64,000 bases of DNA, from NCBI GenBank assembly GCA_021156085.1, contig JAJNBC010000014.1, positions 310-64,309 of the forward strand, written 5' to 3'. The notes under the pieces are model-generated. The model searched no databases, was not told where the DNA came from, and was given only the letters and a program-made list of their open reading frames with translations. Positions 9,663 to 19,063 of the stretch are shown here, one piece after another. The stretch's first letter is position 1, and the number at the start of each line of letters is the position of its first letter. The stretch comes from Gammaproteobacteria bacterium (GTDB lineage Bacteria > Pseudomonadota > Gammaproteobacteria > DSM-16500). The position numbers and the translations under genes were made by a program.

Positions 9663-10277
9663 ATGATTATGAATCGACCAAGACATCAATATGCTAATTA
9701 TATGTCGCTCAAGATAATAGAAAAGCTGGGCAACGAAGAGCCCACGGAGGCGCAAATTGCTTTCATGGAATCTATTTTAACAAAAATTACTCTTATTCGG
9801 CCTATTACTTTTCATCCACGACTTACTAATCAGGAAATAGTGTGCTTGTATTGGGCGGCACTCGGCAAGACCTCCAAAGAAACGGCGGCCTTGCTTAAGG
9901 TACAGCGAAGTACGGTAGAAAAACACCGTAAAGATATCAAGAAAAAACTACATTGCAAATCACTGGTGGAGGCTGTTTTTAAAGGCATTCAATTGGGATA
10001 CGTCGAACCCGCCCTGCAATGTGAATTGTCACAACAACCTACAGAAGATAGGAGCCATGATAACAACACAAATTATTTAACGTTAAGTCATTCACTCCGT
10101 ATACCGCTAACCGAAATTTTAGGCACGCTTGAATTGCTAGATCATCAGGATTTATCTCCTATGCGAAAAGAAGAAATCAATGCCATTCAGCAAGTAGGTA
10201 AACGATTGTTAACTATTGTTGACAAAATATTAGTGAGCAACAAAGGTGAAGATGAAAATCATTTTTTTATTTCTTAA
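9663..10277 (+). CDS. Chimeric regulator: LuxR/GerE-type HTH followed by a HisKA-like dimerisation/phosphoacceptor helix. No ATPase and no receiver domain.
   Basis: LTNQEIVCLYWAALGKTSKETAALLKVQRSTVEKHRKDIKKKL matches the LuxR HTH signature. LSHSLRIPLTEILGTLELL is H-box-like, with the His conserved. Confidence 0.45.
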   Translation: MIMNRPRHQYANYMSLKIIEKLGNEEPTEAQIAFMESILTKITLIRPITFHPRLTNQEIVCLYWAALGKTSKETAALLKVQRSTVEKHRKDIKKKLHCKSLVEAVFKGIQLGYVEPALQCELSQQPTEDRSHDNNTNYLTLSHSLRIPLTEILGTLELLDHQDLSPMRKEEINAIQQVGKRLLTIVDKILVSNKGEDENHFFIS

Positions 10278-10371
10278 CTAAGGGGCTATTCAATAAAAAA
10301 TTAAACTAAAAATCCTAAATTAAGGCCCCCCCTGAAATCGAAGAAAAATACTGTGTACTCCTCGCCTTAGA

Positions 10372-10544
10372 GGTAAGGTAGAGCGCTCTCATGGTCGTGA
10401 TAAAGAAGAATTTTATCAAATGATGCAATATAAAAATGATATGGATTTAGAGAAAAAATTCGTAAATGGGAAAATATTTACAACTACATCCGGCTTCAAA
10501 GGAAAAACACCTTATGAAGTTTTAAAACAAAAAATTTCAGGGTA
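10372..10544 (+). pseudogene. C-terminal fragment of an IS481/IS3-type (retroviral-integrase-like) transposase: GKVERSHGRDKEEFYQ…GKTPYEVL
   Basis: Translation of 10372..10544 gives the conserved GKVER(F/S)…KEEF…KTPYEV tail of rve-type transposases. No upstream reading frame remains. Confidence 0.4.
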
Positions 10545-10586
10545 GAATTACTTTATCAGTCAAGGTATAAATATACGCAAATTAAT

Positions 10587-11036
10587 ATGAATTTACCCAT
10601 AATTAAAGATTTGAATATATCTCAGCTTGCTAACGCCCTATCCGGATTAGCAACAAAAGGTAGGCTAGCCATATCTGATAACAATCTTGTTTATCTTGAT
10701 ATTTCTGATCATTATATTAATCGATTGTTTTTATTTTTAGAAAATCAGAAAATAAAAAAGCCTGATTACTTTGGTATTGGAGGGATTGGTGCACATATCA
10801 GTGTTATTTATCCAGAAGAAAATATTGGGATAAATAGGGATGATGTAGATAAGGAGCATGAATTTAAAGTTAAAAGCGCTTTTACAGCCGAGATCGGCCT
10901 CAAAAAATATTATGCGTTAAAAGTCGATGCTCCTTCCCTCCTCTTATTAAGAAGGAAATACCACCTATCTGATATGCTGCCATTCAAAGGATATTCCATT
11001 AGTTTTCATATAACCATAGGAGTGCAGCGCCTATAG
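10587..11036 (+). CDS. Small 2H-phosphoesterase-like protein (two H-x-S/T-x motifs: H70-I-S-V and H141-I-T-I)
   Basis: 149-aa protein with two HΦ[ST]Φ tetrapeptides about 71 residues apart. This is the LigT/CPDase/Acb1 superfamily hallmark. No signal peptide. Confidence 0.35.
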   Translation: MNLPIIKDLNISQLANALSGLATKGRLAISDNNLVYLDISDHYINRLFLFLENQKIKKPDYFGIGGIGAHISVIYPEENIGINRDDVDKEHEFKVKSAFTAEIGLKKYYALKVDAPSLLLLRRKYHLSDMLPFKGYSISFHITIGVQRL

Positions 11037-11086
11037 GCTGGTAAGAACAGGACATTATCACAAGATACATGCCCTGTTTTTTTACC

Positions 11087-11557
11087 TTATTTCTTGATAT
11101 TTAAGTTTTCAGGCAAAGCATAGAGATTTTGAGCATTTGAGGTGCTAATTTCTACAAGGGCAACCGGATAAGCACCATTATATTCATCTCCCGCTTTAGA
11201 GAAATCAAGGGAGTAAACACAATTGAAAGAATAAGAAGATGGGTCTACACGTGTAGCAGTAGGCTGCTGGCTCACAGCTACAGAAAGTGCATCTTTTACT
11301 TTTTGAAGAGCATTCTCTGGACCAGTCGCCTTCACCCCTCGAACATAAAAAGTATAATAGCTATCACTCTTAATTTGATATTCGGTGGAAACATTATATC
11401 TGTTTTTACCTGGAGCAGGTTCAACTTTTTTTAAAGCAAGATTTTGAATTTCGGCTAACGAGGGACATATACTGATTGCGTCATTATTAGCCATTGCAAG
11501 TGAGCTAACAGCTAATATACTTATAGCGAAAAGGCATGGACAAAATGTTTTTTTCAT
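11087..11557 (-). CDS. Secreted hypothetical protein (Sec signal peptide)
   Basis: N-terminal MKKTFCPCLFAISILAVSSLAMA signal sequence. 156 aa. Confidence 0.45.
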   Translation of the reverse strand: MKKTFCPCLFAISILAVSSLAMANNDAISICPSLAEIQNLALKKVEPAPGKNRYNVSTEYQIKSDSYYTFYVRGVKATGPENALQKVKDALSVAVSQQPTATRVDPSSYSFNCVYSLDFSKAGDEYNGAYPVALVEISTSNAQNLYALPENLNIKK

Positions 11558-11967
11558 ATATTCACTCCATAGTATTACTAATAATTTATGCCACCTACAA
11601 TATAAAAAAATCTTCCTCTAAAAGCAACCCCCTTGGCTCTTTTCCACATTGCCTCAGTTTTTATTTTATTATCTACCTATCATAACTTAATTAAAATTAA
11701 CCGCCCTATTTCTTACATTCCTATTTTATTAAAACTTATTTTTCTGCACATCAAGAAAATGCTGTGGAAGAAAGGCCACTGCACAGAGCTGCATATCTTA
11801 CCATTACATCCGAGAGTTCTAGAATCATCTTCTTCTCCCTTATCCTTATCTTTATAAATGATATAAAAAGAAGTACAATGAAACGACGTGCATTGAAAAA
11901 AGAATAAGCGTGATAAAATATTACCATAACGTATTTTCAATATATAAATAGTAGCAGAGGAGGTAAC

Positions 11968-12444
11968 ATGAATATATACACTTATCTGAAAAAAGACCAT
12001 CAGAAGGTTAAGCAGTTATTTAAAAAAATAATCTTAGCTAAAACATCCAAAGAAAGAGAAAATTATTTCTTAGAGATAAGAAAGGAGCTGGAATTGCACG
12101 CTACTTCAGAGGATGCTACTTTCTATAAAGCCATAAAAATTAATTCCAAAAATAACAAAATAGTAGAGCATGCTGAAGAAGAACATGCAGAAATCAAAAA
12201 ACTTCTCTCTAAATTAAGTAAAATTTCTTCTAAAGAAACAGCCATATGGCTGGTAAAATGTGGAGAATTAAAGTACGCTGTTGAGCACCACGTGAAAGAA
12301 GAAGAATCTAAAATATTTGAAAAATCCAAGGAAGTCCTGTCTGAAGAAGAAGCTGAGAAATTAGCAGTTAAAATAAAAGAATTAAAAAGTAATATGGCTA
12401 AATCCAGTCTTTTTCAGAAAAAATTTAAAAAGCTAAAAAAATAA
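11968..12444 (+). CDS. Hemerythrin HHE cation-binding domain protein
   Basis: Spaced H/E motifs (HQKVKQ…E, HATSEDATF, VEHAEEEHAEIKK, VEHHVKEEE) typical of hemerythrin-like proteins. Good RBS (ggaggtaacATG). Confidence 0.5.
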   Translation: MNIYTYLKKDHQKVKQLFKKIILAKTSKERENYFLEIRKELELHATSEDATFYKAIKINSKNNKIVEHAEEEHAEIKKLLSKLSKISSKETAIWLVKCGELKYAVEHHVKEEESKIFEKSKEVLSEEEAEKLAVKIKELKSNMAKSSLFQKKFKKLKK

Positions 12445-12583
12445 AAACATAGCTCTTAGCTCTAGAACATGGTAACGCTAAGAAAGAGTAGCACGGTAGA
12501 AAATTTTGCCTTTACTTAACTTTAGCAAAAAAGGAAGATATCTCTTTTCTTTCACATATAAAATTTCTTTAATAAATTTTAGT

Positions 12584-13048
12584 ATGAATAAAAAATTTAA
12601 TCCTGACAATTACCCATGGAAATCTAATATAAATTATCGTCTACATAAAAACTTATATAAAGTAGGTAAAGGCGAACAAGGGGTCTTATTATGTCAGCCT
12701 TACAAAAGCGAAATACTTTTATATTGGAAATTTCGGACGCCTCAGCTCGCGAAAATAAGTGCAGAAAAAATTTATTCCCTCTTTTTAGAGTATCTTGAAC
12801 AGGATGACTTTCCCGGCGCAGATATGGCACGTAAATTTTTACAAATGGGATTTACACGTGCCCGTCGTTACGCCAATTATAAAGGAGGAAAAAAATATGG
12901 AAAGGATAGAAATCATCTTTTACCTAAAGGAACAGGAGAACCCCTTAAAGCGCAAAGCGCTCGTATCTTTTATAAAGCTTGGCAGCAAGCAGAAAAAAAT
13001 AAAAAATACAGTTTAATGAAAGAAGAATGGAAAAAAATAATGGGATAA
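12584..13048 (+). CDS. Conserved hypothetical protein, DUF4385-like (VGKGEQGVLLCQPYKSEIL…ADMARKFLQMGFTRARRYANYKGGKKY)
   Basis: Motifs recalled for a widely conserved domain of unknown function. Start chosen at MNKKFNP inside the longer ORF 12506..13048. Confidence 0.45.
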   Translation: MNKKFNPDNYPWKSNINYRLHKNLYKVGKGEQGVLLCQPYKSEILLYWKFRTPQLAKISAEKIYSLFLEYLEQDDFPGADMARKFLQMGFTRARRYANYKGGKKYGKDRNHLLPKGTGEPLKAQSARIFYKAWQQAEKNKKYSLMKEEWKKIMG

Positions 13049-13306
13049 AAATTTTGGGAGTATGAGAAAGTAAAATTGCATCAGTGAATTTACCACAAGC
13101 TACATCCAACCTATTTTTGATTTCCTGACTTGAGGACAACAACTCTCCTTTTTGCGATTGAAGGTAGCTTCTGATTAATTTCCCTATTAAAAACCTAAGA
13201 TTAAAAGCTACCCAATTTATTATATTAAACCCACCCAGGCGTCATGACGCGCCTGCCCTTAATGCATGTTTTACTTTATTTTATGTCTCTGCTAGTAAGA
13301 TAAGCT

Positions 13307-14782
13307 TTAGCTATGGGTAAGTGTGGGCTTTTTATTAGCACTACCCTCCCCCTTCAGAGAATCTCCTACGGATTGCTCAGCCGATCTTTTACTGGTAGAT
13401 CTTTTACTATGCACTCTAGAAAATACCCCTGTTTCTTGGGTACTTGCTTGGGAAGAGTGCAGCCTTAGTTTTCTATTCATTTCTTTAAGGCATCCAGAAA
13501 ATTCTTCATCTATCTCCCTATGCAAACCTAATTTTTTAGTCAATCTTTGAATATTTCCTAGGGGATCTACACTAAAAAGGTTAAACCTACCTAATTCTAG
13601 TTCTCCTGTTTTAGACAACTTGAGCATTCGGACAAGATCAAAGCAATAAGAAGCAGGACCGCAGCACTGCCTTACGCAATTCAAACTCACTAAAATATCT
13701 GCTATTAATCGTTGACTTTTACACACGCCCGAGATACGAAGAGCGCGGTCTAAGTTGGCTTGAAAATCATTTTTCTGTAATGGCGACAGCTTTTCATTTC
13801 TAGCCATTATTTCTTTTAAGCTAGAATAAGATTCTTTTAATGCTTTGCGGTGTTCTATTAACTCTTCATCAGATACATTTTCTTTTTTAAAAGCATCGAG
13901 AACAGAAGAGTCTAATTTTTCATCGCCAGCTAATAATAATTCTTCCATTTTTCTACATTGTTTTGCTAATACCTTTTTATTCACTTCTTCGTGAAAAATT
14001 TCTTCATCATAATCTATTATTTTTTTCTGTAAATCATAGAAAATCGCTAACTGTTGACAGGTTTCTGGATAAAATTCTTTATCGAAGTTCGTCATCCAGG
14101 CATTGTCATCAAACAAATCCCCTTCTATGTAGGGTGTAATAGGGAGAGCAGATTTAAAAGCCGAATGAAATGCGCCATAGTAGTGCATTCTTATCGCACA
14201 TTCTACAAGAAATTTCTCTGACATGATTGCGGTAGAAAAATCTTTACCCTTTTCTTTTGCAAGGCTTAGGATGCTATTTCTGATTCCTTCTAAGCCACCA
14301 GCATTGCTGATGATCACATCACGATGATGATTATATAAATATTGGAGCGTTTTAGTGACATTTGCGGTGCCTTCATAATAAATGAGATCCATTTTTTTAA
14401 GCAGATCAGGTCTTCGTAGACCCACTTCATAAAGAACCATTTGGGGCGCCGTATCAGCCCATTCATCTATATTTTCTCTGTCTAGCATCTCAATGATAGC
14501 ATCAATGCGGTCAGCAGGGACTTTAGGAAGTGGTATTTCATCATGTTCTAATCCTAGATCAGCGCCCAGCAAATAACGCGGTCTGGGAAATTCTAAATAA
14601 TCCAACTTAGATTGAATGAAATTGTTATTTTCTTCTGCAGATAAAAGACCTGTAGTGCGGTTTGCTGTAGTGATAATGGCAACAAGAGATCCTTTAGTAA
14701 GGAAAACCATAGAGCAACCTTTATCATCTGATTCTCCATCCTGATGATGGACGACTCTCTTTTGACGCAAATTCATAAGCAT
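13307..14782 (-). CDS. Large hypothetical cytosolic protein (491 aa), effector-like, no recognisable domain
   Basis: Long ORF with a polar/Ser-Lys-rich C-terminus. AT-rich accessory context. Confidence 0.45.
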   Translation of the reverse strand: MLMNLRQKRVVHHQDGESDDKGCSMVFLTKGSLVAIITTANRTTGLLSAEENNNFIQSKLDYLEFPRPRYLLGADLGLEHDEIPLPKVPADRIDAIIEMLDRENIDEWADTAPQMVLYEVGLRRPDLLKKMDLIYYEGTANVTKTLQYLYNHHRDVIISNAGGLEGIRNSILSLAKEKGKDFSTAIMSEKFLVECAIRMHYYGAFHSAFKSALPITPYIEGDLFDDNAWMTNFDKEFYPETCQQLAIFYDLQKKIIDYDEEIFHEEVNKKVLAKQCRKMEELLLAGDEKLDSSVLDAFKKENVSDEELIEHRKALKESYSSLKEIMARNEKLSPLQKNDFQANLDRALRISGVCKSQRLIADILVSLNCVRQCCGPASYCFDLVRMLKLSKTGELELGRFNLFSVDPLGNIQRLTKKLGLHREIDEEFSGCLKEMNRKLRLHSSQASTQETGVFSRVHSKRSTSKRSAEQSVGDSLKGEGSANKKPTLTHS

Positions 14783-15141
14783 AGCCTCCGATTAGATTTT
14801 GATTTTCTAATATTTAGCATATTTTTCACACCTGGAACGCGCGCTTATGTACGTCTGTAAAACCACCTTTAAGTAGCGCCTTCCCTCTGACGGACTTAAT
14901 AATACTCTTATTTCTTAATTCAGCAACACCTAAAATTTTTTGAGAGCTGGTGAGTGTATTTTTTACTTGACTAGCATAATCAGAAGCAGATTCGAAAGGG
15001 AGAGCGTTGATTTCATCATAGAGAGACTCTCTTGTTTTTCATGTTTACTTCCGCTATCTTATTTTTTGGTAGAAAAAGACAATGCGAGCTAAATGCCATT
15101 TTTTATTTAATATTTTACTAAAATTAAAGAGGAGTAGAAAT

Positions 15142-15921
15142 ATGAACTTAAGAAAGATAGAAAAAGCATTAGGAAAGGGAAATGAATCAAATATGAGTGT
15201 GCAAGAGCCTACAGTTCATTTTAATATAATTAATTCGGAGAGTGGAGAAATCCAAAATTATAAATTTAGCGGCGCATTACGCGAAGAAAAAGAAGATATA
15301 GCAGACCAAGCAAAGGAGCTTTTAAGATTATATGATATTTTGTCAGATAAAGAGCGCTCCCATCTGCTCTGCGCTTTCCCCGCTAATTCTCTTCTCTTGG
15401 AAAAACTTGCTTTCTCTGCTGCTGAAAACAATGATATTAACCTTATTCAAAAGTTAGCAGAAGCACAGTTTAATTTTAATAGGCCCAGAGATTTCTACAA
15501 TAGAACACTTTTACATATCACTACTGAACGCAACGCTGAACTGGCTGTTAAAGAGTTACTTAAATATATGGACACAAATACTATTGAGGTAAAAGATGGA
15601 AATAGTCAAACAGCATTAGATCGTGCCGTTTTGTTATGCTATCCCTCCCTTCTTGAAGCACTCTCTGAAAAAGCAGCGCTACCTCAAATCCAGAAGGCAG
15701 CTTACTTTTTACCTCTATGCCTGCAAAGAAGCCAAGAAGCAGTTTTCCAAATGGTGACTCTACTTCATAAAAAGGGCGCTCAATTCAGTAAAGACATGCA
15801 GGATCAAGCCAAAGAGCTTGATCATAATGGATATATACTTGACGCTATAAAAAAAGCAAAAGAGATAGAGCAAGAAAAAGGCCCAGCCGACGAAGTACTT
15901 CTTCCACCAGCTCTACATTAA
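15142..15921 (+). CDS. Ankyrin-repeat protein (eukaryotic-like)
   Basis: Ankyrin-like repeats (NRTLLHITTERNAELAVKELLKY…DGNSQTALDRAVLL…). Start at MNLRKIEK inside ORF 15082..15921. Confidence 0.5.
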   Translation: MNLRKIEKALGKGNESNMSVQEPTVHFNIINSESGEIQNYKFSGALREEKEDIADQAKELLRLYDILSDKERSHLLCAFPANSLLLEKLAFSAAENNDINLIQKLAEAQFNFNRPRDFYNRTLLHITTERNAELAVKELLKYMDTNTIEVKDGNSQTALDRAVLLCYPSLLEALSEKAALPQIQKAAYFLPLCLQRSQEAVFQMVTLLHKKGAQFSKDMQDQAKELDHNGYILDAIKKAKEIEQEKGPADEVLLPPALH

Positions 15922-15960
15922 GATTAAGGATGAACAAAAAAGAGAAGATAGATCTGTCCC

Positions 15961-15992
15961 GGGGTTCCCTCCTAGAGGAACCCCTTTCTCTA
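15961..15992 (+). terminator. Rho-independent terminator after the ankyrin gene (GGGGTTCC-loop-GGAACCCC + T tract)
   Basis: 8-bp perfect stem followed by TTTCTCT. Confidence 0.5.
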
Positions 15993-16408
15993 AATGCTGC
16001 CAAACTAAGAGGTATAAAAATCCCCAATAAAACCAATCATTGAAAAAAACTCCCTCCCCTCCGTGGGTTTAGACAAAAAACACGGCTCTTTACTGCAACC
16101 AGAATACTGAATCAAACGAAGAAAACCATAACACCCTGATTATTAAACACATTAAATATCATAAATATTGTCTATACTGCTCATAAGCATCCTGTATTTT
16201 CCCCTGCATAAAAGAGAATGAGTATGCATGCACCTTATCCTAACAGCCGAAATTCAGCGAAGTTGCTTCTCTACAAAATGCCAAAATAACCTCCCCCTCC
16301 TATTTCCTTGATTATAGCCATATTATTGTTTATATATTTTACAAAACCTCGTCTATACTCCTATTTATGAACATCATTGTGATTAACCTATTTAAAGGAG
16401 AAATTGCC

Positions 16409-18133
16409 ATGAAACCTAGAAAATCTCTACGAGAAGCTGTCATTGAAGACTCCCCAATCCCCGAATATACGCCTGCTGAAAAAGAAAAAGCTAAGGAAGA
16501 ATTCCTGGACCAACATCGCCAACAAAGTTTTATGCAAGAATTCCTTCAACAATCTAGGGAATCTCTTGGTTATGTAGTAGAAACAACTACAGAAAAATTA
16601 AAAAACACTAAAGAAACAGCTTCAAAAAATATTGAAGAAGCTGCAAAAGTTGTCTCTGAAAGCAAAGATGCCGTTGCCGCTCCTTTCAAATTTGTATATG
16701 ACATGGCGAGTCAATCCACCGAAGAATTAAGAAATACCGCAGAAAAATTACTTGCACAAAATAATAAAGAAATGGCCTTTGCCTATTTTTCTGTGATTAA
16801 AGAACGTGGAGAAGATTTAGGAAATCAATTCTCTGGACCTATTAAAACAGAGTATCTTTGTGACGTTATCATACGTAACAGTCCTGAATGGCTTAAAAAT
16901 CACATAGGAGAAGAAAAAATTCTCGAATTTGCTGTCTCATTAATCGCTACACACGCATCCCCTACACCAGAAGAGATTAACCAGTTAAATTTACTTCGCA
17001 ATAAATGCCTAGAGATAGCTCATACTAATGCCGCTACATTTCACAAATTTTGTAGAAAAATAAATCCTCTTTATTTAGAAAGGGCGCTGGGCAATGTCTA
17101 TATGGTCCGCATCCAAGTGGAATTAGCTAGTGAAATATTAAACTATATGAATGCTAATGCGCCTCTCGACGCCTCAAGTGAAGAAGACACGATAGAACAA
17201 ATAAAATTTCCACTAATACGGCACAAATATCATGAAAATTATTTTATCAATATAAAATCTGTTATTATGCAGCTAAAAGCAGACAAAGAAAGAGATCGCC
17301 TAGAAAAAATTGCTCAAGCGGAGGAGCTTGCATTTCAAAGAAAAATAGAACGTCAAAAATGGAGAGATCATTCTAAAAAAGCATCTGAAAATAAACTAAT
17401 TAAAAAAACTAAAAAAGCACAACCCGCTAAAGAACAAGAGCAAGAAGAAGAAAAAAAAGAAGAATATCAAGAGGAAACCTTAGAACAAAGAAGAATAAAT
17501 GCACGAGAGAATATTATGGCTTATCAGGAGAAATTAAAACAAAAATATGCTGAAAAAATAGGAGAACACGAGCAACAAAGAATGGAGAGCACCAGATCCA
17601 ATCGACAAAATAAAATGGATAGAGAACACCGGGAAATTTTAAAGAACTTACAAGAATCTATCACGATACAAATGGAAGAACTCAGCGGAAAGACAGATCA
17701 AAGCTCACTTAAGACACTAGCAGCACTTCAAGAAATCCAAGAGGCTTTAAACATAAAAACACTTCCGGCACCGGGTGGAAAATTAGAAATCACCCTATCG
17801 CCTTACGATAGATTAGCCCTTGTCCAAAGAAAAATAATAGATGTCGATAAACGCTTATCTAGCGAGTTAGATCAGGCGGGACTTTCTCATTGGCAGACTT
17901 TCGGGAAAGTCACTGTAACTGCCCTGATCGGAAAGATAGCTACAGCAACAATGCCAACAGTAGGGATTCCATTAGCTGTGGGATTAGGAGGGATAATAGC
18001 ATATGCCAAAAATAAATTTGGTACTCATAAAATTTGGTCCCCTGGGGCATTAGCAACAGGTAAAGCGAAAAAATCAGTACAAGCACTTACTGAAAAAATG
18101 GAGGCTCCTAAAGAAAGTCCCAAAAATAAATAA
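16409..18133 (+). CDS. Long coiled-coil, Lys/Glu-rich protein with C-terminal hydrophobic segment (effector-like)
   Basis: 575 aa. Central EEKKEEYQEE/KQKYAEK low-complexity coiled coil. C-terminal TM-like ALIGKIATATMPTVGIPLAVGLGGIIAYA. RBS aaaggagaaattgccATG. Confidence 0.5.
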   Translation: MKPRKSLREAVIEDSPIPEYTPAEKEKAKEEFLDQHRQQSFMQEFLQQSRESLGYVVETTTEKLKNTKETASKNIEEAAKVVSESKDAVAAPFKFVYDMASQSTEELRNTAEKLLAQNNKEMAFAYFSVIKERGEDLGNQFSGPIKTEYLCDVIIRNSPEWLKNHIGEEKILEFAVSLIATHASPTPEEINQLNLLRNKCLEIAHTNAATFHKFCRKINPLYLERALGNVYMVRIQVELASEILNYMNANAPLDASSEEDTIEQIKFPLIRHKYHENYFINIKSVIMQLKADKERDRLEKIAQAEELAFQRKIERQKWRDHSKKASENKLIKKTKKAQPAKEQEQEEEKKEEYQEETLEQRRINARENIMAYQEKLKQKYAEKIGEHEQQRMESTRSNRQNKMDREHREILKNLQESITIQMEELSGKTDQSSLKTLAALQEIQEALNIKTLPAPGGKLEITLSPYDRLALVQRKIIDVDKRLSSELDQAGLSHWQTFGKVTVTALIGKIATATMPTVGIPLAVGLGGIIAYAKNKFGTHKIWSPGALATGKAKKSVQALTEKMEAPKESPKNK

Positions 18134-18151
18134 AATTTCCAATTAAAATTA

Positions 18152-18231
18152 GGGTCTGTTGACAATTCGCTAGGCGGAACACCGAAAATCAAAATCTTAT
18201 ACCTAGCCTAGTTAAGATCGTCAACAGACCC
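18152..18231. repeat. Palindromic MITE/REP-like element, copy 1 (about 24-bp imperfect terminal inverted repeats GGGTCTGTTGACAATTCGCTAGGC … GCCTAGTTAAGATCGTCAACAGACCC)
   Basis: Inverted repeats read directly. The TTGACAATTCGCTAGG core recurs at 63271..63290 in inverted orientation. Confidence 0.5.
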
Positions 18232-18593
18232 TAGGAGCAATTCTTATAATGAGTCGTCGTTAAGCAGATATTAGAATCGATTATTCGCAAACGCTTCCTA
18301 TCTCCTTTATCTTTTTCTTTTATCATAATCATTAACTAATCAGAAAAAATATTTCTGGGGCATTGAGCCCCCTATCACCCAAAGAAGTAAAAGACTATTA
18401 TAGATTTTCATATGCCACCTGCCCAAAAAAATCACTCAACGTATGCAATTCTTATTTACTATTTAAATTTTAATGGACAGTGATTAAAGAATTCAGCTAG
18501 GATAAGGGGGAATCTCATTTTGAGATCTTAAGCAAATGTTTAAATCGAGAAAAAATACTCGAAAATTTTCGTCAACTTAAAAAGGAGAAGAAT

Positions 18594-18977
18594 ATGAGAA
18601 ATTTACTACTAATAGCATCCATTGTTTTTTTATCTTTTCTCAATAGTGAGATGGTTTTTGCAGAAAATAATGGAGATTTATGTATTGCTTTATTTAATGC
18701 TGATAAAAATCCGGTGCAGTTTTCCCCAGGCATGGGCGATGAAAAAATTTATATTGTTCAACCCAATCAACACGTAACACTGTCTAGAAGGGATATGAAA
18801 ATGGCTTGTCCTTACACCCCCACCAGCTGCTATGTAGACATCTCTTCCCCCGGAGAAAATAACTATCGCACTATTTTTAATCTAAGCAGAGGCAGTCGCA
18901 TTATCTATAAAGGGTGGGATGGTAACCAGCATTACTATGACATAAATCCTCGCGCTACTGTACCATGTGTTTCTTGA
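18594..18977 (+). CDS. Small secreted Cys-containing hypothetical protein
   Basis: Signal peptide MRNLLLIASIVFLSFLNSEMVFA. 6 Cys. RBS aaaggagaag. Confidence 0.45.
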   Translation: MRNLLLIASIVFLSFLNSEMVFAENNGDLCIALFNADKNPVQFSPGMGDEKIYIVQPNQHVTLSRRDMKMACPYTPTSCYVDISSPGENNYRTIFNLSRGSRIIYKGWDGNQHYYDINPRATVPCVS

Positions 18978-18990
18978 GATAATTAAATAC

Positions 18991-19023
18991 TGTACAGGTT
19001 CTTCTCTGAGCAGAACCTGTACA
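18991..19023. terminator. Bidirectional terminator hairpin (TGTACAGGTTCT-9 nt-AGAACCTGTACA) between convergent genes
   Basis: 12-bp perfect stem seen in the sequence. Confidence 0.55.
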
Positions 19024-19063
19024 TAAACTTAAATAATCAGCAGAACTGGCAAGATCCCAGAAA

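Noticed and set aside
12123-12329. ORF antisense to the hemerythrin gene
   Set aside because: Fully overlapped by the better-supported plus-strand gene with RBS.
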